From positions 20,314 through 84,313 of IMG/VR virus record IMGVR_UViG_3300028581_000028: a stretch of DNA of 64,000 nt; one strand, given 5' to 3'. Positions 20,296 to 31,135 of this stretch are shown piece after piece (position 1 is the first letter of the stretch; the number at the start of each line of letters is the position of its first letter). The notes below the pieces were generated by a model, which did no database searches, was not told the DNA's origin, and saw nothing but the letters and a program-made list of their open reading frames with translations. Both the position numbers and the translations under genes were made by a program. This DNA is from a virus.

Positions 20296-22164
20296 TTATA
20301 ATGTGTTATCTTCGACTATGTTAAATAATTGTTCAAGTATCTCCTCCAGCGTACTACAGTAAGTTAAATTTACCGCATCGGATACAGATACTTTTGATGT
20401 TTTTGGATCATTTACTTTTGATGCGTCTTGAGTTATTTTATCCCTAAACGCAGTAACCCTTTTTTCAATTCTTGCAGACCAAGTTTGGTATGCTGAATGA
20501 TTAACAATAAAATCTTTTATCTTTTCCGTGCTGGTGCTTGTTATTGTTTCGCCAAGATACGTTTCTGTTAAGTTATTAAACTCATCATAAAACTCTTGCT
20601 CAAAATCAACATCCTCCACGTTGCGTCCACTTTTTATAATATTAGCACGGATTTCGTTTTTGAAGTTTTCTATTGCCCTCTCAATCCTTTTCTCGAAAAT
20701 GTTTTCGAGTTTTGGGAAGCTAAGTGCAAAATCATCCCCAGCAACGATAATTCCGTTTAACTCTTCAGCGTTAAAACCGCCAAGTATATAATCACCGCCA
20801 CTTTTGAATATATCGGGGTTAAAAAAGATTTCAGTCTTATTCATATCTTCGACTTTTTCAATATTTACATAATGTTTATTATCAATGAGGTCAAGACGTT
20901 TTTCGTTATCGTGATTACATACTTTGCAAGTATGTGTATCCTCGTTTGCCTTAAGCCATTTATGACCGCATTTAGCACAAGTAACTCTGCCACCAAGCTC
21001 CATTTTTTGCTCCGCCCTACGTTGTTCGCTAATGGCTATTGCAAGGGCTTGTTTGCGATCAGTTACCAGTTGTCCGCTTGAGCTTCTTAATCTGCCTTCC
21101 TTAAACTCGTGCATAACGGTAGCTATTTTGCCACCATCTTTAAAACCTTCAACTTCTGCCAGTTTTGTGTAATAATGTTCATCCTTTTCCAGATGTTCAA
21201 CCGCAACGTGTTTAGGTGCTTCCTTTGGGGTTATTTCGTGGCTATATAGTTTACGGAATGTTTTATCGTGTTCGTGTTCCTCGTTGATGCCCATTGCCAG
21301 TTCTTTCTTTGGGTAAGATTTAACGGGTACTTTGCCACCTTTTTTTAGTGTATTTAAAGGATCGTGGATATACTCATCCATTTCCCATAAATCCCAGTTA
21401 TCGCCATTTTTAATTGCAAAATAATGTCCAAGTCCATCATCGTACTCAAGTTGGAGTACAATATCTTGATATTTACCAGCACTATCACCCAACCCTACAA
21501 TTTTATATTTCTCGCCATCAATTTTTATAAGACCACCCTTTTTCATCTCCGTGATATTATTATCGCCAATGTGTTTATCGATAACATCTTTCATATATCC
21601 GAAGCCATTTTCAACTTTGTTAAGCCATTTAAGATCGGCAATAATGCGTTCAATTTTATCGTCCTCTTTATGCCTCAACCCAAATGTTTGCCATTTTACA
21701 TAGAACCAGTTTTCTTTAGGTAGCCAGTACCCTCTTTTAATAACCCTTTCAAGATTTTCAAAAGCCTCGTTATTATAAGCGTTACTGCCCAATGCCCATA
21801 CATCTGGGTGTTGATCTTTAATTTTTTTTGCGTAGTTGTAAATTAACTTTGATGGGACATTATTGGGATTAAACTGTATTGTACGACCACCTTTTTTGTA
21901 CTCATCGGCATCCGCCATAACTTCGTCTGGGGGCAGTATAGGAACTCCGTTACCAGCCGATTGATTTATTTTAGATAATTCTTTCCAATGTTTTTTACTG
22001 GCTTCTCTATTTATAATAACCTCACCGCCCTCCAGTTCTACTATTTGCTTGGTATCGGTTACGATTGCTTTTATTCCACCGAGATGCTTACCATCTTTAT
22101 CGTAATGGCGTTTGCCTTTCAGAGTGCCACCTTTTTTTCCGTTGCTTGTTTGTTTGACCGCCAT
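20296..22164 (-). CDS. Multidomain probable virion-internal protein (DUF5661- and DUF6496-like modules)
   Basis: ELEGGEVIIN motif; ELAMGINEEHEH..YYTKL; KIATVMHEFKEGRLRSSSGQLVTDRKQALAIAISE; CxxC finger; repeated xK(K/D/S)GG linkers. Confidence 0.6.
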   Translation of the reverse strand: MAVKQTSNGKKGGTLKGKRHYDKDGKHLGGIKAIVTDTKQIVELEGGEVIINREASKKHWKELSKINQSAGNGVPILPPDEVMADADEYKKGGRTIQFNPNNVPSKLIYNYAKKIKDQHPDVWALGSNAYNNEAFENLERVIKRGYWLPKENWFYVKWQTFGLRHKEDDKIERIIADLKWLNKVENGFGYMKDVIDKHIGDNNITEMKKGGLIKIDGEKYKIVGLGDSAGKYQDIVLQLEYDDGLGHYFAIKNGDNWDLWEMDEYIHDPLNTLKKGGKVPVKSYPKKELAMGINEEHEHDKTFRKLYSHEITPKEAPKHVAVEHLEKDEHYYTKLAEVEGFKDGGKIATVMHEFKEGRLRSSSGQLVTDRKQALAIAISEQRRAEQKMELGGRVTCAKCGHKWLKANEDTHTCKVCNHDNEKRLDLIDNKHYVNIEKVEDMNKTEIFFNPDIFKSGGDYILGGFNAEELNGIIVAGDDFALSFPKLENIFEKRIERAIENFKNEIRANIIKSGRNVEDVDFEQEFYDEFNNLTETYLGETITSTSTEKIKDFIVNHSAYQTWSARIEKRVTAFRDKITQDASKVNDPKTSKVSVSDAVNLTYCSTLEEILEQLFNIVEDNTL

Positions 22165-22535
22165 CTAATCCGATTTTAAGTTCGGTAAGGAACAAAAATA
22201 ATTACAAAGAACAACGAAAGCAACTGAATTGCAATATTTATTCAATCGCTTATATGTTTGTGCAATTGCACATTAATATAATTTATAGGGCTACAATATC
22301 AGTATAAGTAACGGTTTAAACTTGTTTTTTATTTTCATTAAAAAGTTTAATTGTAAATATTAAATAATACTTTCCACCAGACAACTCGTTCAATCGAATA
22401 TGATTTACAATTACATTTATCACACTCTTGGGGTGCGTGAGTGATTGGTTTAATATGATAAAACCAATCGCAGTGACATCTTCCGCACCCGTGTTTTATC
22501 CCTTTTTGCCATCTTCTGAAAAGTTTTCTCATTGT

Positions 22536-23078
22536 TTAAATCTCCATTGGTTCACTCCATAATTTACGCAGTTCCTCGTACTCGCTTTCAGATAAATCGA
22601 TTTCTATTGAAGACTGTTTTTCATTCCATTTAACATCTGGATGTACACTACGATAAAGCCTTATTTTACCATTTGTAATTGCAACCATCCCATCTCTAAT
22701 TATACAGTTAAAATTACTTTGATTAAACTGAAACTTGTAAGTATAACGTGAATTGCGGTTAATTGGGATGTTATAATTTTCCTTAAATTGTTTAATTAAT
22801 TCTGTTTTTAAATACTCCTCATTATCGATATCTTTAACAAACGTGCCATCGCAAACCCTATCCAGCGAATAACACCCAGAGATCTCCTCAAACCAGCCCA
22901 CTGCTGAATGAGTCGATAATATACTCGCTTTATTGGATACGGTCACCGCTTTAATTTCACCGTTATCTAATTTAATATCAACTTTACACCCGATCCCATA
23001 AGTACCATTAAACACCCTAACTTGTTCCTCAAGTTCCGCTAATGTTTTTTGCACGATTCCGTTATTTGTATTTTGCAT
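22536..23078 (-). CDS. Hypothetical protein
   Basis: 180 aa ORF. Confidence 0.6.
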   Translation of the reverse strand: MQNTNNGIVQKTLAELEEQVRVFNGTYGIGCKVDIKLDNGEIKAVTVSNKASILSTHSAVGWFEEISGCYSLDRVCDGTFVKDIDNEEYLKTELIKQFKENYNIPINRNSRYTYKFQFNQSNFNCIIRDGMVAITNGKIRLYRSVHPDVKWNEKQSSIEIDLSESEYEELRKLWSEPMEI

Positions 23079-23082
23079 ATTG

Positions 23083-23499
23083 TTAAGATGTTTTAGGTGA
23101 CTTGACCATATCTTGAGCTACTTTATTTTGCCAAAATGCTTTATCCTTAAATTTTCCGTTTCTTGTACACGATATAAACTCGTTGCCAAATTTATAAAAA
23201 CGCAAGTATTTTAACTCCCAGCAACCCGTTGGAGTTTCGAACTCCAGTATCCGCCATTTTCTTTCTCCCCCCGACTCCGTAAAAAGCCTTTCTATAATTG
23301 CCTTAACCTCCTCCAGCGTAAAAAAGTATTTTTTATCCTCTGGGTTAAACTCAAGTAATTCTTTGGGCATCTCGATATCGTGTGGGGTTGTTTCAGCCAA
23401 GCAATGAAAATCCCTTGTATCAACGTGAATTTGTGTTATTTTATCGCTGGTGTAGTCAACCTCATTGTGATTGATCCACTCTGGTTCTTTTTCTACCAT
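23083..23499 (-). CDS. Hypothetical protein
   Basis: 138 aa ORF. Confidence 0.6.
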   Translation of the reverse strand: MVEKEPEWINHNEVDYTSDKITQIHVDTRDFHCLAETTPHDIEMPKELLEFNPEDKKYFFTLEEVKAIIERLFTESGGERKWRILEFETPTGCWELKYLRFYKFGNEFISCTRNGKFKDKAFWQNKVAQDMVKSPKTS

Positions 23500-23501
23500 A
23501 A

Positions 23502-23975
23502 CTACTTTTTATCTATCTTTTTATTAAACGATTCTTTAAACTCTTTAAACGCAAGTAAGGGTACTTCAACCCAGCGATCTAATCGGGTATCAAGATCTTT
23601 TTCTATTGCCTCTAATATTGTTTGTTTTTGGGCATTTAGAGTTTTATCAATCACCTCCGCAATTTTAAAACATTGTACAATATTAACCCCCATTAATGCC
23701 TCTTGAAGTTCTTTGATTTGGATAATCTTTATCCGTTGGGCTTTTTGCACTTCATCCACCTCTATTACGTTTTTATTTTGCCAGAAGTCGCATACTATAC
23801 AGTTGCCATTATGAATAACACAAGCATCAGAATGGTTGAAATTTGGGCTTGTACAACATTTATCTCTGCCTAAAAAAGCATTACAAAAAAGAGAGTCTTT
23901 GTCGCCTTGCCAAGTAGTGCAGTCATTCAGACAATTATTACAAATAAATGTTTTATCGTTATCAGTTGTTTCCAT
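23502..23975 (-). CDS. Cys-rich hypothetical protein
   Basis: 157 aa ORF with several CxxC motifs. Confidence 0.55.
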   Translation of the reverse strand: METTDNDKTFICNNCLNDCTTWQGDKDSLFCNAFLGRDKCCTSPNFNHSDACVIHNGNCIVCDFWQNKNVIEVDEVQKAQRIKIIQIKELQEALMGVNIVQCFKIAEVIDKTLNAQKQTILEAIEKDLDTRLDRWVEVPLLAFKEFKESFNKKIDKK

Positions 23976-24299
23976 ATTATAGTTATTTTAAATTTTTTTC
24001 GCCCAGTACCCATCCCCTATTACATATATAATTTTGTCTGGGAAATGAATAACTTCTTCAATTAAAAAATATTTGCGAGTAAAAAATATAGAGTCATCAT
24101 CATTAAGCATTTCTTTTATTTTATCCCAAATCGGATAAGGGTTTATCGAATTAATTTTTTTTCTCAGTTTATTTATGGCTGTTTTTGTTACAAAAAGATG
24201 TTCTCTTTTACTTGGATTTGTAACGACTTCGTAATCGATGGCGATTGCTTCTATTAATTGCCAATCGGGATTTATACTTATTTGGGTTCTCATATCGTT

Positions 24300-24878
24300 T
24301 TATTTACTAAATTCTTTAATTTTCAAAGCCTTGAAATGTGCAAGATAACCCTCTTCTTCTTTTAACCTTTCAGTCGCCTTTTTAAGCTCGGCTTCAACTT
24401 CCGCCACCCTTCTTTTTAGGTGTTTAACCCCAGCCTCCATATTCTCCAGCCCCTCTTATATTGCCTTTGCTCTGGTTTTAAAATATGTGTTATCGTACAT
24501 AAGATTACCATCGATATCCGTATTGGGATATCCGTATTTATCTGTAAACGTTTCAACAACTCCGTTATCGTTATAAGTATATACTGGCAATCGCTTTTCG
24601 ATCTCGTCTTGACCGTTGATAATATCGTGTATCTGCCCATTATCAATAAGCTCTTGGAGTTTATCCCAGATAAATAATAACTCCTCTGGCTTGTGTTCCG
24701 TAGCTAAACATTTTCTGCCTTGATTAAATGTATCCAAAGCGTATTTTAACCGAAGTGTTTTTTTGTCTACGCTAATTAATTTATGACACATCGGGCTTCC
24801 GACTGCAATGTAATCCTCGTTATTATTTACAGTATAGCCAGTATTATTGAGTAGTTTTTTTAATAGTCTTGCTTTCAT
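24300..24878 (-). pseudogene. Hypothetical gene interrupted by an in-frame TAA at 24456-24458
   Basis: The frame stays open for 51 more sense codons after the stop, to TAA at 24300-24302, filling the gap to the next gene. Confidence 0.55.
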
Positions 24879-24889
24879 TTCTATTTGTT

Positions 24890-25441
24890 TTAATTTAGGG
24901 ATGCCAACCAGACTGCGTGTTCGCTTACTTGCTTACTCAAGTCCAACTTATCATTGGTTAAACAAGCAACATAATATTTTCTGTATAAACTCAAAAACTC
25001 AAGTGCCGAATCAAACACTTTTTCGTCTTTTGTATGTAAGATAATGTACGCACATAGCCCAAGATAATATGGCTTCATATACGAAAAAACATAATACAAG
25101 TCTGGTGATTTTACATACTGCCCCATTGCCGATAACACTTTTTCGTCATTGTTATCTACACTCTTTTTATGGTCTGCTTGAATAAAATCCGCCATCCACT
25201 CCAACGGGTAAAAAACTGGCATCCCCCCAATCTGCTCCAAAAACTCATCGGGGAATCTGCTTCCATTTTCTCCGTAGTTATCGCTTGGGTTGTGATTCTT
25301 TTTTGCTATTTCTATTTTTTGCAAAAAATCGTTTTTAGCATCCCCATCTGGCATTTTATCAATATCTTTCAATGACATAAAGCCACCAGCGAATAGAAGT
25401 TTAGCCTTTCTGCTTTTTTTCGACATATATTCTTTTAACAT
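24890..25441 (-). CDS. Hypothetical protein
   Basis: 183 aa ORF with AATAAGT-ATG start. Confidence 0.6.
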   Translation of the reverse strand: MLKEYMSKKSRKAKLLFAGGFMSLKDIDKMPDGDAKNDFLQKIEIAKKNHNPSDNYGENGSRFPDEFLEQIGGMPVFYPLEWMADFIQADHKKSVDNNDEKVLSAMGQYVKSPDLYYVFSYMKPYYLGLCAYIILHTKDEKVFDSALEFLSLYRKYYVACLTNDKLDLSKQVSEHAVWLASLN

Positions 25442-25447
25442 ACTTAT

Positions 25448-25822
25448 TTATTTTAAAATTAATTCCTCTTGAGTCAATGCAAAATATAAGTTTTGTAGCT
25501 CGTGAACGTATTTAATAGACTTAGATGTTTCGTTGCGTATTATCTCGTCCAGAGTCCAGCCAAAGCCACCGCCATACCATAAGCAAAACCTTGTTTTTGG
25601 GAATTCTACATATTCCGATAATTCTCTTCCCAAATTTAAGGAATAATGTTTTCGTTTAAGCTCAAGCCCAAACTTCGCCAACCATTCTTTTGTTAATGGG
25701 ATTCCCTCTGCACCCTCTGGATTCCCATCTATTTCTTCGATATCGTGGGCAGACACCTCCCATACTTTTTTTTTGTCGGTAAGCCAAACAAGATTCCCGA
25801 TCCTTAATTCTCTTGCTACCAT
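25448..25822 (-). CDS. Conserved Bacteroidota phage protein (YopX-like)
   Basis: ELRIGNLV..IPLTKEWL..KYVHELQNLYFALT. Confidence 0.65.
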   Translation of the reverse strand: MVARELRIGNLVWLTDKKKVWEVSAHDIEEIDGNPEGAEGIPLTKEWLAKFGLELKRKHYSLNLGRELSEYVEFPKTRFCLWYGGGFGWTLDEIIRNETSKSIKYVHELQNLYFALTQEELILK

Positions 25823-26122
25823 AATTATTTTATATTAGCTGGAGGAATGTTATTCTGCCTAAGTGTATCGACTGCTATTTTAGATAACGTACACAAAGAC
25901 CTCAATTTAAAGCCAATGGATACCTCCCAGTAATTCCAGTTTTTAAACTTACGCAATAAACGAAAACCTTGACACTCAAAATGTCCCTCGCTTTGATCCG
26001 CCAATATCCTCTGCTTAACTAATGTTACGCCATCATCATAAACCCCAAAGTGTGTTTTTGATAGGTTGTTGTTTATCGTTGTAGTTCTGAAAAATCCAGT
26101 ATTTATTAATTTTCCATCCATT

Positions 26123-26491
26123 TTATTTGTTTGCTAATTCGATTAATATATCTGCGTGACATTTACTTTTTAAAGAACAAAAACAAGCAAGGTCTTTGCC
26201 TCGTAGCTCGTTAATATCGTTTTGCTTAAATTTATCCGACCAGTACTGCAGATCTTGGTCTGCAAACTGCGTACCCGTTGCGATATGCCTAAACAAATGT
26301 ATAACATCATCAAGATCTCCGATTCGTAAATAAACCCATTTATCGAGTATCTTTCTCCGATACCCAGCATCGATGTATATCACCCCAGCCAATAATTTTA
26401 ACGGGTTGCCCCATTTCGTTGGTCGTCCAACGTAAATACAATTATCTGGCATAGTCCACCCTTTTGTCCTTTTGCGTTGAATACGTTGCAT
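26123..26491 (-). CDS. DUF4326 domain protein
   Basis: YVGRPTKWGNP..ELRGKDLACFC..CHADIL. Confidence 0.85.
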   Translation of the reverse strand: MQRIQRKRTKGWTMPDNCIYVGRPTKWGNPLKLLAGVIYIDAGYRRKILDKWVYLRIGDLDDVIHLFRHIATGTQFADQDLQYWSDKFKQNDINELRGKDLACFCSLKSKCHADILIELANK

Positions 26492-27129
26492 TATACTGGC
26501 TTATTTAAGAGATAATTCGTGGATCAAATCCTTTTGTGTTCCGTAAACATCATATTCGTACAATAAGTGCGGTGAAGATTCAAAATTGCCCTCTTTGGAT
26601 ACCAAGTCCAGCGAGTACCTTGCGATAACTCTTTCAAATGGATATTCCTCGTCAAAAATTCTCTTAACGTGATTAACTATCTGTTTTATTAGCCCAGCCT
26701 CCAGCGTTTTAGTTTGGATGTTAAAGTCTATTTTTGCAACAACACCTTTTCGGATCTCGTTTTTGTACATAAAAAAAACGACTTGCCCGACTCTATACTT
26801 GTAGTTTATTATTAACTGATTCATTTTTTTGCTTTTTATTTAATCGAAGTTTTTTAACTACATCCGTATTTTCGTAAACATATCCGTAGTGTTTACAGAT
26901 TCCGCTTTTGTTATTTCTGGGCTGGTAATCCTCGCACATTTTACCGCAAGTTCCATTTTTCTCGCCAACTTCCATTACCTCTTTGCAGAAAAAGAATTCG
27001 GAATCGTTTTCCATTTTAGCCTCAAATACATCCATCTTTTCGATACCGTTTTCTCGCATATACTCTAAATGATATTCGAGAGGATAACAATATTCGGAGT
27101 CACCGTCTTTGTAATAATACTTAGCCATA

Positions 27130-27573
27130 TCAATTATCGATATACGGTTTAAACTCTCTCGGTAGCGGTTTTTCAGCTCCTTGAGGCATATCCCCTACGT
27201 TGCAAAAAGCGTAATTAAACTTAGACATCGCAGAGTTGTACTCAGAGGCGAGTTGGTTGTACGAAGCCTTTATTCCAGATAGTTCAGACTGCCAGATTGA
27301 CAACTGTTCCCGATCATCCCTCGCCCAGTCTTTTCGTGCCACCCCTTTATACTGGTCTTTTAAATCTTTGATCCTTGTATCGTACACTCCCATATCCGCA
27401 ATCTTTTTATCTAAGGCAGAGGACATATCCTTGTAGTATTCGTACTTCTTTAGCAATTCTGATGGCTTAAACTCTTTATAAGCAGTATCAAGCCCATCGT
27501 TTGCGTACCTACACGAAGCAAGTGCAACTACCATAAAGATAATTGCACTTATTTTTAAAAGGTTACTTTTCAT
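27130..27573 (-). CDS. Putative lipoprotein
   Basis: Signal peptide ending VALASC; YNQLASEYN helix. Confidence 0.65.
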   Translation of the reverse strand: MKSNLLKISAIIFMVVALASCRYANDGLDTAYKEFKPSELLKKYEYYKDMSSALDKKIADMGVYDTRIKDLKDQYKGVARKDWARDDREQLSIWQSELSGIKASYNQLASEYNSAMSKFNYAFCNVGDMPQGAEKPLPREFKPYIDN

Positions 27574-28132
27574 TTGTTAGTTCCATATTAAGAACAATGT
27601 TTTTAACCGCTAAAGGCTGGTCGGATATATGAACAAGCATCCCCCCAGTAACATACTGCTGGTGATAAATGCCTCTTGTATCAAACCAAAAAATATATTC
27701 TATTGAGTTTCCGTAAGTACCATCGTCTTGTAAAACTTCCGTAGTTCTGCATTTTTGTCCACCTATATTTACATCAAAGCCATAAGTGTCCCAAGATACA
27801 TTAGTCCCGTTATTATCAACAACACTCGTAGGGGTTAATCTTTTACCGCTTGATGTTACTTTTCCTTTTACCGTAGAATAAATCAGTACTTGTCCCGAAT
27901 ATGCCGATATAATATACAGATGTTTAATCGATCCAACCGTGTTATCAACTTTATATCTTGCTAAGATATTGACTTGCTCGGTTGTATGACCATTTACATC
28001 TGTTTGAACTTCGACATTAGCTTTTTGTACTCCGCTTGAAGATACTGGCTCGGCTGGAGTTGTTGTTTGACCGCAACGTGTTGTAAATAAAACAACACAC
28101 AATAAACACATAATTAAATTTAACTTTCTCAT
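27563..28132 (-). CDS. Putative lipoprotein
   Basis: Hydrophobic signal followed by Cys; VKGKVTSSGKRLTP and QDDGTYG motifs. Confidence 0.6.
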   Translation of the reverse strand: MRKLNLIMCLLCVVLFTTRCGQTTTPAEPVSSSGVQKANVEVQTDVNGHTTEQVNILARYKVDNTVGSIKHLYIISAYSGQVLIYSTVKGKVTSSGKRLTPTSVVDNNGTNVSWDTYGFDVNIGGQKCRTTEVLQDDGTYGNSIEYIFWFDTRGIYHQQYVTGGMLVHISDQPLAVKNIVLNMELTNEK

Positions 28133-28157
28133 ATTGATTTTTGTTTTAAATTATTAA

Positions 28158-28496
28158 TTAACAAACCTTATTTTTTATTTTTTTGATGTTTAAATCCCAA
28201 GTTTGAGTGTACGGTTGACCATTCTCGATATCTATCCAAAGGGCATTTAAAAACTCGTCCCGTTCCTCTGGTGATAATGTTATATATAAAGCCCTATATT
28301 GTAATGGGATACTTAAATTATTAACATCCATTATTGACTCCCTTATTCTTTCTTTTTCTTTTTTTGGAGCTTTAAATATGCTAAACCCCCATACACATAG
28401 CACGAGAAAAGCAATAAATATAAACATCACTATAATTAACACCGAAACAAGCTCTTGCGTTTCCTTTCCCATATTATTATAAACTAACAATTCCAT
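28158..28496 (-). CDS. Membrane protein
   Basis: Single long hydrophobic helix. Confidence 0.55.
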   Translation of the reverse strand: MELLVYNNMGKETQELVSVLIIVMFIFIAFLVLCVWGFSIFKAPKKEKERIRESIMDVNNLSIPLQYRALYITLSPEERDEFLNALWIDIENGQPYTQTWDLNIKKIKNKVC

Positions 28497-28514
28497 TTTA
28501 TACTTTTAAAATAA

Positions 28515-28976
28515 TTAATACTCTTGATGATCTTGTGACTCGTAAATTCTGGGATCGATAACCCCAGTTTGAATAAGTATCTCTCGCACCTTTACCCAGT
28601 CAACGTATGGTCGCAAAAAGCTATCTGCTGGGTGTACCAAAGGGCATCCCAGCGAGGCATCATCGATATACAGCTCCGCATAAGCCTTCGGGCTATCCGT
28701 CCAGTTCTTTTGCTCTGGGTTGGTGTTTATACCGTAAAGCGTGACATCCCTCTCTTTAAACCAGTTTATTGCATCAGTTAAAAAAGTACCGCCCTTTTTA
28801 GTAATATTATAATCCGTTGAGGTTGGGTTTTCTATATCTGATCTCATTGTATAAAGTATTAACTGATGCCCGTTGGCAATCAGCTCTTTTAATACTTCGG
28901 TTGCACCAATCTCCTCCCCTATTGCTGGGAATTCGTGAGTGACAACAGTACCATCAAAATCTACTGCGATAATCAT
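28515..28976 (-). CDS. HAD-superfamily hydrolase (BT0820-like)
   Basis: IAVDFDGT, ILYTMR, SPKAYAELYIDD. Confidence 0.85.
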   Translation of the reverse strand: MIIAVDFDGTVVTHEFPAIGEEIGATEVLKELIANGHQLILYTMRSDIENPTSTDYNITKKGGTFLTDAINWFKERDVTLYGINTNPEQKNWTDSPKAYAELYIDDASLGCPLVHPADSFLRPYVDWVKVREILIQTGVIDPRIYESQDHQEY

Positions 28977-29319
28977 ACTTTAATTTGTTTTAGATGTTCA
29001 CGACACTCGTTTTGAGTTCCAATAAAATCAATATAATCTCCGTTATCTCCGCCAAGAAAATCCAATCTATCGTGGAACTCTTTTTCTTTTGGGTTACTGC
29101 CGTGTCGGTATGTTTTAAATCCCTCCATTTCGAAATCTGTTTCGCTTAATGTCTTAATTCGTTTTACCGCATCATCGCACAGATAAACGATTTTAACACC
29201 ATCGCCACCGCCCATATATTTAACCGCATCTTGCTCGTTATCAAAGACTCCGTAGTATAGGGTTTTCACTTTATCTACTACTAAAAATATCATACTTATT
29301 CGTTTTTGTTAGTATTATG

Positions 29320-29361
29320 TTGCACAAACGTACAACATAAATAATCCGAAAGCAAGTCTTT
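29320..29361 (-). promoter_or_regulatory. Conserved phage promoter, copy 2
   Basis: AAAGACTTGC...TTGTACGTTTGTGCAACATAATA, near-identical to the copy at 4499. Confidence 0.75.
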
Positions 29362-29386
29362 TTTAATTTATTTTTTAACTTATTCT

Positions 29387-29962
29387 TCAAACAATATATC
29401 TTACTTCTTTTGGGTATAATATTATTTCTGTTTCTGGGAATAAAAATGGGAATAGTAAACAAGTTTTGACTGTTAGTTTAAATTCTTGCTTAAACATATA
29501 ATTATAAACATTTGTAAATATATTATTATAAACTACTTCATCTGCAAATATAGGAGTACAAACGTCTGGTTTAAATATGTTTTTTGTTAAATGTTTAAAG
29601 TGTGTTTTTTGTTTATATTCAGATTTAATTGCGTCATCAACCATACTGGAATCGGGAAGTATATTTTTGTTATAATATTCGAGTAAATCATATTTAGAAG
29701 ATACTCGCATATTGCCAATTATGTATGTGGAAGAATTTAAGTCTATTAATACCTCCTTGTATGATTTAAACGGGTTTTCGCAAACAAACAAAATGTTATC
29801 TGTAAACAAATCACCAAAATTAAGCAGTTTTACATCTTTAGATGCCTCCGTTTGTTCTATAATTATCCCAGTACCTCTTGGGGTTGTTTTTGGGTATCCT
29901 TTATTTGTCCCTTTGTATGTTAATACTAATGGGATACTTGCATTGTTTTCGTTATATTCCAT
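29387..29962 (-). CDS. Hypothetical protein
   Basis: 191 aa ORF. Confidence 0.55.
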   Translation of the reverse strand: MEYNENNASIPLVLTYKGTNKGYPKTTPRGTGIIIEQTEASKDVKLLNFGDLFTDNILFVCENPFKSYKEVLIDLNSSTYIIGNMRVSSKYDLLEYYNKNILPDSSMVDDAIKSEYKQKTHFKHLTKNIFKPDVCTPIFADEVVYNNIFTNVYNYMFKQEFKLTVKTCLLFPFLFPETEIILYPKEVRYIV

Positions 29963-30160
29963 AATTTAATTTACTTTATATTTCCATTATTAGTTTAGTT
30001 ATTCTCCCAACGTAAGATTTTCTATGTAACCCAGTACCGTTATAGTGTAATGTTGTTTTTTTGCCAGTTAAACAACATATATAATAAAGAAAAGTCTTGC
30101 CATTTTTTTCTATAACCTTGTAGCACTTTGCCTCTTCCGACCATACTTCCGTTGCCATAC

Positions 30161-30832
30161 TTATTTGTTTTTAAGGATACGTTCTAAATTGCTTTTTTTG
30201 TGGATAGTCGTAAACCTTTGGATTTCGGCTATCAACTCCAGCAACTTCTCTTTGCTGGGTTCTGGAAGATTATTACGACCAGAGTCTGCCCCTATGTTCA
30301 CTTGGATGGGCTGACAAGCCCTTAATGTATCAACCAACTCGTCCAAATCAAAATCCATTATGGGTTCTATTGTAACGTATTTGTCAAAACAGTCCAGATT
30401 TGCCATTGCACTTGCTCTGGTATTTGAAAACGGGCTATTACCCATTATCTCTGGGTAAAATCTATTTGTTTCAATAGTTGTACAAATAACGGATTCGCTG
30501 GGAAATAAGCATCTGTTATTGGCAATAAAGGTTGGGTTTTTAGTTTGAAAAAAGTATCGGTTGTTGGGGTACGCTTTACAATGGTTTAACGTCTGAATAA
30601 TCCAGTCCATATTTATATCTTTTGCAAACATATCGCAACTGCTTCCTATAAAAATAAAGTTACCGCTACCCAAGTCGGTCTTTAACTCTTTGGCATCAAA
30701 ACGTACTGGCTTTTGACTGCCAAAACGCTTCATATAACAGTAACTACAGTTATGAAAACACTTGCCCTTTGTGGTGTTGAAAGTATGGCTTATAAAGTCA
30801 TACATATTGCCTTTTGATACATTTAATCCCAT
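30161..30832 (-). CDS. DUF5131/gp37-gp68-like radical-SAM-type protein
   Basis: CFHNCSYC (CxxxCxxC), FQTKNP, VTIEPI, VNIGADSG. Confidence 0.8.
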   Translation of the reverse strand: MGLNVSKGNMYDFISHTFNTTKGKCFHNCSYCYMKRFGSQKPVRFDAKELKTDLGSGNFIFIGSSCDMFAKDINMDWIIQTLNHCKAYPNNRYFFQTKNPTFIANNRCLFPSESVICTTIETNRFYPEIMGNSPFSNTRASAMANLDCFDKYVTIEPIMDFDLDELVDTLRACQPIQVNIGADSGRNNLPEPSKEKLLELIAEIQRFTTIHKKSNLERILKNK

Positions 30833-31135
30833 ACTTATTTGTTTTTTTGTTTAAATTTTCTGTAAGCGGTAAATAATACTTTAAAAAACTTATAAACCAT
30901 ATACACATCGCAGAGGCAGTAAAATAAGCAAAACAGATATGTTATTAAAAAAATGATCCATAGCCATAATGTTGGAGTATGCCAGTTTTTATACCACCAA
31001 AAACTCTGGGTTGGCACTGCTATAACGATAAGCCATTTGCCAAAAATAAACATAAACTTTTCAAAGCCTTTTCGGTGCTTGTAATCTACTTGTTCGTAAG
31101 CCTTTTTTACAAAGTTGTCTAAATTCATATCCCTA

